Assembly (NCBI GenBank): GCA_051362555.1
Contig: CM120641.1
Location: forward strand, 46,320,401-46,384,400
Direction: 5' to 3'
From: Lingula anatina
Lineage: Eukaryota > Animalia > Brachiopoda
DNA: 64,000 nt
Both the position numbers and the translations under genes were made by a program. Below, piece after piece: positions 44,093 to 64,000 of this stretch (within the stretch, counting starts at the first letter, position 1; every line of letters begins with the position of its first letter). Under the pieces are notes generated by a model. The model saw only the letters and a program-made list of their open reading frames with translations. It ran no database searches and had not been told where the DNA came from.

Positions 44093-45027
44093 CACGCTCG
44101 GCTGTCACCTTGATTGGATAGTAAACGATTGTCGTAAAATCGCTAAATGATATTAAAACCGGGTGCATAAACTTGAAAACCACCTACAACAACCTTGGAC
44201 TACCACATTAATCCAATACAATGCAAACATAAACTATAACAAGTGGTTAAAGCCTTCAAACCGAATGTCGTAAAGTCCCCATATACCTCCATAGAGACAA
44301 TAAAATAGAATGAGCTTGTGAAACAAGAAAAATCCAGTTCCAACATAATAATCGAAATAAAATACTGCCGGGCATCGGAGCCCCCTAAAACTTGGCACGC
44401 TTACCGCTAATACTGCAGGCTACATCATCCCGTCGCTCGTTTGTAAATTCCGTGCATGGCATACGCACAATCAAACCGTAAAAAACAAATTCTCGGGGTG
44501 TCGTTGGCTAGGTCCACTCAACAATCCAATTCAGGAAATGACGTAACCGCAGAGGTCGCATTGTCCAATGGCATGGCTTCTTTTTCGTAATGGTAGGTTA
44601 GAGTGGACCTGGCCAACGACACCCCGAGAATTTGTTTTTTACGGTTTGATTGTGCGTATGCCATGCACGGAATTTACAAACGAGCGACGGGATGATGTAG
44701 CCTGCAGTATTAGCGGTAAGCGTGCCAAGTTTTAGGGGGCTCCGATGCCCGGCAGTATTTTATTTCGATTATTATGTTGGAACTGGATTTTTCTTGTTTC
44801 ACAAGCTCATTCTATTTTATTGTCTCTATGGAGGTATATGGGGACTTTACGACATTCGGTTTGAAGGCTTTAACCACTTGTTATAGTTTATGTTTGCATT
44901 GTATTGGATTAATGTGGTAGTCCAAGGTTGTTGTAGGTGGTTTTCAAGTTTATGCACCCGGTTTTAATATCATTTAGCGATTTTACGACAATCGTTTACT
45001 ATCCAATCAAGGTGACAGCCGAGCGTG
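44093..45027. mobile_element. Foldback/MITE DNA transposon with 427-bp terminal inverted repeats and 8-bp TSD
   Basis: 44093-44519 is the reverse complement of 44601-45027 (one mismatch seen, at 44509), with an 81-bp spacer. Flanked by the direct repeat GTTTCAAC at 44085-44092 and 45028-45035; termini CACGCTCGGC...GCCGAGCGTG. Confidence 0.93.
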
Positions 45028-45217
45028 GTTTCAACTAACTTAGTCAAGCCCTTGGCGTTTGTAAACAACATTTTTAGAACATTTACTCTATCCTTGCAAC
45101 AACAACAAGGTAAATTACTAAAACACTTTCTTAGCTGGATCATTTTAAACTCACCAACGGAGTTTAAATTGTCAATAAATGCAACAGAAGAAAAAACATA
45201 ACATATTTTGTGCTCAC

Positions 45218-45465
45218 CTTAGGAGAACTTCATGTTTTGCGGGAATGATCAGCAGCAATGTTGAACAAATTTCCAATTGGACAAAATTTCCCAGCGCATG
45301 CGTATCATTCAAGGTTGTCTGTTGACCCAGAATTTCATCCGCCTACATTTACAAAATATATTGCAATTTTTCTTCTCTGCAAGCTGCAATATCGTCGGAT
45401 ATTAAGCCTATTTATTGAAGGGATTTAAAGGCCTTCTTCCAGAAAGAGTATCAGATCAGAAAGGT
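45218..45465. promoter_or_regulatory. Bidirectional promoter and non-coding first exons for the WD40 gene (-) and Miro (+)
   Basis: Minus-strand donor AAG|GTGAGC at 45218/45217, plus-strand donor AAAG|GTTTGG at ~45463, Miro acceptor at 45660 just before the ATG. CpG-containing segment with an NRF1-like GCGCATGCGT at 45294-45303. Confidence 0.55.
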
Positions 45466-45662
45466 TTGGTCGTGATTTATCCGCGCTTCTGTCAATGTGC
45501 AGACATGCAGCGTTGACAGTGTTGTGATTTGTAGTTTGAACTAAGTTGATTGGGAGCTATAGATCTACATTATATAGTTCACATCTTGAATGGATATACT
45601 CATTTACTGACTGCACAAAGACTGGCATTCCATATATAAAAATATTTCATTTGTAACCAGAA

Positions 45663-57353
<11,691 letters not shown>

Positions 57354-59371
57354 CAGAATCCTCTATATAAAGACTGGTGTTTATATTAGAAATGCGCCAG
57401 TGCGACACATATTTAAGATTGATTTCACAGCATATCGTCAGGGAGGAACCACACTAGGACCAATTGTTATTATGATGACCCAGATTACATCGGAGAGACC
57501 GAGATTCTTGAGCCAGTGACAGCAATGATGTGGTGTTATATATATATATATGAGTTGGTCATTACAGGACACTGACATGATACTTGTAGCATTTATGCTT
57601 CAAAACATGCTGGGTTATGGGCAGCAGGTAGAAGGAAGTTAACTTTAACTAACCTGGGGCAATTTATAGCAAAGCATGTGAAGAGATATGTGTGTGATGA
57701 CACTCCTTGAGGATTTGTTATTTCTGTATTACTTATTCAGAGTTCCACTACCATCTTTTATGAAGATAATTAAGGAAGACATTTGAGTTGGTGGTTTTTG
57801 AATGATGTAGTACTGTTTGTTTGATGATTTTAAATTTCCAGTAACTGCCTTCTGAGATTAACAAACTTTTGGGGCTAATTAACATTTTAGTAAGATTCAG
57901 TGTTAACCTGTGGGTTTTACTAATGTGAGCTACACAAGTGATGTTGCTGCTTTGTTCTAATATGATTTCATGGAACAACTGCCATTTGTTCTGCACCCTC
58001 GGTCTCAGATTTGATTTGAAACTCGCTCCTATGAAGATCATCATGATTGGACAATAGGTAATGCACTGAAACTCAGGTTGATGTGATGGAATAAGAGTAT
58101 GGCGTAACAAGACAGAAGGGTAAATATGGCATGTGTATATACTTGGAAAATAACTCAATGAGCAGATCAATGACAGTATCTAGTTTGTGTAAAATAAGAT
58201 TGTATACATGTTGCAGATGTTCTTGTTTTGTTTTTGTTGTTAAAATAGAAAGTGTACAATCTTCATACAAAAAAAGGTGAAATTGTCATTTGAAATGCAT
58301 CTTTTTCCACCTGAGAATGTTTAAAGTGCTTTGAGCTGTTAAGTTATAGGTGCACTGTTTGCCCTACTGAAGGCATGTAATTTGTACAATGATCTCTTTG
58401 CAACCTAAGTTAAAATGTAGCTAGTCATTGGATGTCACTGCATAATGAATTGGTGGTGCTGAGTTCTGAACTGCAGTTAGAAACTATTCTTAGAAAGAGT
58501 TTATTGTGCAAGAAAAGAATGAGACTGTCAAACGTATGTAAGGCATCATAATTTTTGAAATCCATACAAGTTTAGATGATGTCTCCAGCATCTTAAACAC
58601 ATAAAACTGATACAAATTTAAACTGAGAAATCAGCATTGTTTTAAATGATATGTGCTTTCTTATCATAGTTAACTCAAGGCACTATATTGTCCAGGTATT
58701 TTGGAAGTGAGGGTTCATCTACCCAGTCATTTTAAAATCCCTTTCATGTACTGTCAACTAGCCAGATGAAAATTGCACTAATCCAAATTGTTAAGGTTCT
58801 GTCAACCAACTTTACTTGGTGGACTTAATGGAAGTATAAAATGTATTAATTTATGTTTTATTACTGTATTTGTCCATAGCTTGTATATATGTTGCAGATT
58901 ACTTGTTATGGTAGAAAAGTACCAAGAGTTTGTCAATAAATGTTGATTGAGGAATATTTTGTTAGTGATTTGTTTCCAAGTCTACATGGTAGTACTTTTC
59001 TCTCAGTTAAACAAAAACAGTGCATATTAAGTAATTTGACAAGGGCTTTTGATCCTAATTTGATTTTATAAATAACTAGTAATTTGTACAATGAATGCTA
59101 AAGATTGGCATAGATTAGGCTTAGACTGATTGAATGATGCAAATGTGTAGCTCAAATGTGTTTGTTGAGACGTCTGCACAGCAAACGCAATCAAACATGG
59201 CAGCGCCCTGCAAACTCCACTGCACTCGCGATATGCCTACCTGTTATTCAGTGTTACTGACCGTTAAGTTGGCTAGATGACATTCAGGCATGATGCCCGA
59301 AGTAGTGGTAATCTCTCAGTGATTGAGTCCATGATTCAAGGGTATATTTGATACACAACCCAGCGAAAAGT

Positions 59372-62300
59372 ATGGCGTATGTTAGCTGCAGTAGGCTCAG
59401 GTTTGTGATTACATCTTGGCAGAACACAAGCAGCTGTGGTGGGACCAGAATATTTAACCCATTGCGGTCACATTCATCTTTAGGTTCAAATAACTCGTCC
59501 ATAAGAACCTTCAAATGGAATTTATCAAATACGAGGACTAAACTGACTCCTGTACGATATTTTCAAGGAGGTAGGAGATGCTTTGACAAAACCAGAGGAC
59601 CTTTCACTCGAAACAGTAACATTACATCATCGCCCATTAATGGAAAAGTAACACGAATACCCAAGGCTTCAGAAATTAAAAGGTTGCTCTCTTTAGCCAA
59701 GCCAGAAAAATGGAGACTTGCTGGTAAATGACTTTTTTCAAATTTTTTTTTTTAGAATGGTATTCTTCTATGTATAGTTTGGGTACGTACGGATAAAATT
59801 AGTCCCAGAATATTACACGTCCCTATACTCCCGTTACCGATAGATACATAGAAGAAAAACTGAAAAAACGTCTTTTTAGATTTAAATACCAATAGATCCT
59901 ATTTTTTACTGCTGTCCTATATATTTGCGTTCCTAAAGATACGTCCTCATAAACCCACGTACGTCCTTTAAATCCGCATACCTATAGATCCACGTATTTT
60001 GAGATCCAAATACCAATAGACCCATTACAGGTATGCTTTTGCTCAAAATGGTTGGTGTACTACTCAGTGCATAAAATGCACTTCTTTAAAATGACAGTAC
60101 ACATATTAATCCTTTCAGCAATATATTATTCTACTAGATCCTTTTCACACAATACTCAGTGAAAAAACATAAAAAGAACAAAAACGTGTTCTATATTTCA
60201 CAACGCTTACTGTTCTAGCGTCAGAACACTGTTTAAAGCGTTCTCAAAATGTAACATTCGAACACGTAAAAAGTGTTCTGAATTTACATGTAAATGTGTT
60301 CTAAAGAAAACAAAACAAAACAAAAAAAAAAAAAGAACATAAAAATGTGTTCTATATTTCACAATGCTCAGTGTTCTGGCGCCGGAACACTGTTTAAAGC
60401 GTTCTCAAAATGTAACATTTGCACACTTAAAATGTGTTCTGTTTCATGTTTACGACGCATTCCCGAACTTTAGAGTGTGATAGACGTGTAGACGCGAATG
60501 TACATGTATGTCTTGTTTGAACACCTAATAAATATATAAATACATAAATAAATGAATAAATAATAAATATCAGGTTGTAATTAAGTCAGATCACTAAGTG
60601 GATCAGTATTCGCAGCCAGACTATCACTCGAAAACCTCATACCTGTATCACAAGTTGATATCGGCCTTTTAGCTGATTACGATGTCAGATAGATGGATGT
60701 AGCTGTACCTGGATCTAAAGATACATGGGTTTATAGGAATCTGTTGGTGGATCTATCAGAACGTAAATTTAACGAGACGTAAATCTATTGAGACGTGTAT
60801 GTATAGAGACGTATCTATCGGGACGAATATTTTATTGGGACGTTTATCTATATGGCGGACCCCTATAGTTTTACTATTACTGGTACTACTGGTACTTTTG
60901 AATTGGTTTAAACATGATTTTCAAATGGCTGTTTTTTAGCAGTAGTATTTTTGATTGTTTTCATGAAAACTGTGCAGATTATCTAAACATCAACATGGGT
61001 CATATGTCTATTAGTATATGATAGATGAGGGTTGTCAAGCTATCAAGTTTCAAGTTGTTCCAAGGATAATAACAGGCATTATATCTGGCATAGACTACAT
61101 TTTCACTGTTCTGTATATTAATAACTGTTGGTTATATTTTACTGTAGATTTAAGTCTCTGTCAGTTGGTTAAGTGAGTCAAAGAAATTTTGAAAATTCAG
61201 CTATTGAAAAGGAATATTTATTATAATTTGAAAATGGCTGTCCTTTTTGATATTTTGATAAAGGGTCACTTTATTACAGACGTTGAATGATTTCATTGAA
61301 TGATTAAGTCCACATGCCCAGGGGAGAAGATGTATCAATATATATAGAAATTGAAAAGAAATACATATAATGCATATAATTGAACTATATTTAAAAGGTT
61401 CCAAATGTATACATAATATTGCATAAAATACATGTATTTTAAAAGATGTATTATAAAGATGCAACTACTATTTATTAATGATTTTTTATATTAATTTTTA
61501 TTTCAGGTGCTATAGGTCTGTTGTTGGTATCCAGTGCAGTGACAATGTCCATCCCTTTTTGTATTGGTCGTGTAATAGATACTGTGTCCAGTTTGAACTC
61601 AGAGGGAGAAATGACTGACCAGCTGACCAATATTGCCATTTTTCTCACTGGTCTATTTCTGGTTGGAGCTGTGGCAAACTTTGGGAGAGTGTATTTGATT
61701 CAAATCTCAGGTAAGTCAGGTACTGTTATATAACTCGCCCACATGGCAAGTATGCTAACCATGGGGATTTGATTTGGAGGAATCGTGTACTTTTTGTAGG
61801 GTTGCTGACATTACAGTGCTCAAAATGCATCGATGTGAACATGTTATTTTAAACAAATACCTGAAAACAAAAAGATTTGATGCTACTGTATTAGATATGT
61901 AGAATGTGCATTAAAGCTGTTATGCATTAAAGCTGTTATGGCAGCCCTTATGATATATTTATATTATGCAGTTCATGAAATCATGTTTGTTGGATCTACT
62001 AGAACCATATTATGATAACAATAAACAATAACCCATCACATGCCTTTGTTGGAAAGGCTATGTTGTCTCTTAATTGTAATTTTATAGCCTTGGTAATAAA
62101 AGCTGGGATGAAATATTTATTGTGGTTATTTTGATAATCAAATGTAAAATGTGATAGGGCTCTTCTGTGGTGTTTGTTTTTACTGTACTTGAAAGGTTTG
62201 TTTTAAGAAAAGATTTGTCCTGTGATATTATCTGTTTTGAATTGTAACTTAATGAAGATGTTGTCATTCACTCGTTCTATCCACACATTTCATGACAGGT

Positions 62301-64000
62301 CAAAGGATAATAAACACCATGAGGCAGTCAGTTTTTGCATCAATTCTCAGACAAGAAACGGCTTTCTTTGACAAAAGTAAAAGCGGTGAGCTGATTAACA
62401 GACTGTCAGCAGACACAACAGTGGTTGGTTCCTCTGTCACTCAGAATGTGTCTGATGGGTTAAGAGCTGTGGCACAGGGTGTGGGAGGAATTTCAATGAT
62501 GGTATGTCTTACTGCACATTACATTTTACTAAATCACTGTATGAACATTTTGTAACCTAATGTAACCATTACCTTAGGGGAATAAAAGATTTAAGTGAGG
62601 CTCTTTTAAGTAAGCACTGCGAAATGTACAAAATTGCACTATATTTCTAAAAAAAAAAAAAAGATTATTCAGAGCAGAGAGGAGAGGTTAAAAAAAGAAA
62701 TGAGATGGCCCTTTACATTTCCTGAATTCCCATGTTACATGTGTTAAAATTCTGTTGTGATTACTACCATTTGGCACATTTGCAATATATACCAAATGTT
62801 ATGTCTAACATCTGTGGAAGCAATGTTTTTTTTTCAGTCTTAATACTTGATCTGTGATAGCCATAATTATTTTGCTGTTGAAAGATTACTGACTGGTACA
62901 TATATTTTAAAATTAAATTACAGGTTTATGTTTCACCCAAGCTAGCTCTAGCAGCTCTAGTCACAGTCCCACCAGTGGCTGTAGTGTTCATTATATATGG
63001 CAGGTTTCTGAGAAAGATAACCAAATCTGTCCAAGATTCTCTGGCAGAGGCTACACAGGTATAGCATAATGATTATATCATCGGGATAATAGAACCCCTG
63101 ACTCTGACAAATTCAAATTGATTTATAGAGCTATGCTTTATCAGAAAATCGGTATTACAGGGTATTCATTTTTTTATTTTTTGAAATCTGTTTTAATATT
63201 TGATTATTTTTGTTAGTATAAAGTTACTTCCAATATAACTTCAATCATCTCAATTTTTTAAACTTCTAGTGTGTCTCTCAGTGTTTCACAGGGCTCATTC
63301 CCATTGAGACTATAACTAACAAGTTTTGGATGTATATTTCAGGTTGCTGATGAAAGGATAAGCAACATGAGAACAGTCAGGGCATTTGCACATGAAAAAC
63401 TTGAAATGGGAGCATACAATAAAAAGATACAACATGTTTTAGACCTGTCCTACAAGGAGGCAATGGCCAGGGCAGTTTTCTTTGGCTCTGTAAGTAGACT
63501 TGGGCCTGGAATTTCGAAACTTTTATGTCAACAATATATAATTGTAAATATCCATAACTTAAGTCATCCAAGATTCCTCAAATTTGCCAAAGCATTTATA
63601 ATGATAATGATAATGATTCCATTACCATGCAATTCCTGTGTACTGCAAGAAAACTGGCCTTGGTTTTATCTAGAAAACTTGTTTATTTTGTAAATATCTG
63701 TTGTTAGGAGCATGAAAATGGCTTGTTGAAGCTAAGTCCTTAGAATGTTTTATTTGCCTTTTAATTATTTTATAGTTTTCATTTTACAATATAAGCTGTA
63801 GATATCATCAAGATAAGTATGTGGGCATGTCCAGCTGTGCCCATTGTTAAAATGAAAAAAACATTGACTTTCATAAAACACATTTATCATATGCATTTAT
63901 ATCCATATATATTTTTCAAAAGCTAAATTTTGAAATTGATGTTTTGAAAAACTTACAAATTTCAGACTGGTTTAGCGGGCAATGGTCTTGTCTTGTCTGT
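59372..64000 (+). CDS. ABCB10: Mitochondrial ABC half-transporter ABCB10, 5' part (runs off the window)
   Basis: Exons 59372-59723, 61507-61710, 62299-62501, 62924-63058, 63343-63489, 63966->. Arg/Ser-rich presequence, [83 protein letters not shown]. Confidence 0.93.
59781..60863. mobile_element. Degenerate non-autonomous DNA transposon (Mutator- or Merlin-like) in ABCB10 intron 1
   Basis: TATAGTTT direct repeat at 59773-59780 and 60864-60871; GGGT...ACCC termini; both ends are built of inverted short ATAGAT(A/C)CGTCC-like motifs; an internal ~160-bp tandem duplication starts at ~60175 and ~60335. Confidence 0.6.

Noticed and set aside
44093-45027. Inverted repeat as a pure read-foldback assembly artefact
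   Set aside because: An exact 8-bp direct repeat flanks it and unique sequence resumes on both sides, as expected for a transposon insertion.
59240-59330. CAGTG loops upstream of ABCB10 as iron-responsive elements
   Set aside because: No 5-bp upper stem with the bulged C.

Overview
AT-rich, intron-rich animal genomic DNA (invertebrate; lophotrochozoan/mollusc-like by gene style and transposon types, an inference). Eight spliced protein-coding genes were reconstructed by hand from splice sites and reading frames: 3' part of legumain (+), YY1 (-), sphingolipid delta-4 desaturase DEGS (+, head-to-head with YY1, 205 bp between start codons), kanadaptin/SLC4A1AP (-), an unrecognised ~312-aa secreted precursor with furin-type sites (-), an uncharacterised ~347-aa WD40 protein (-), mitochondrial Rho GTPase Miro (+, head-to-head with the WD40 gene) and the 5' part of ABCB10 (+). 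Non-coding highlights: a cluster of YY1-binding motifs in YY1's own first intron; a 935-bp near-perfect foldback element (427-bp arms, 8-bp TSD); Kolobok-, MULE/Merlin- and HINE-type non-autonomous elements; a probable solo LTR; minisatellites seeded at splice junctions; and a GC-AG intron plus a frame-preserving cassette exon in Miro. No tRNA, rRNA or CRISPR array was seen. Most short ORFs in the supplied track are intronic or antisense noise.
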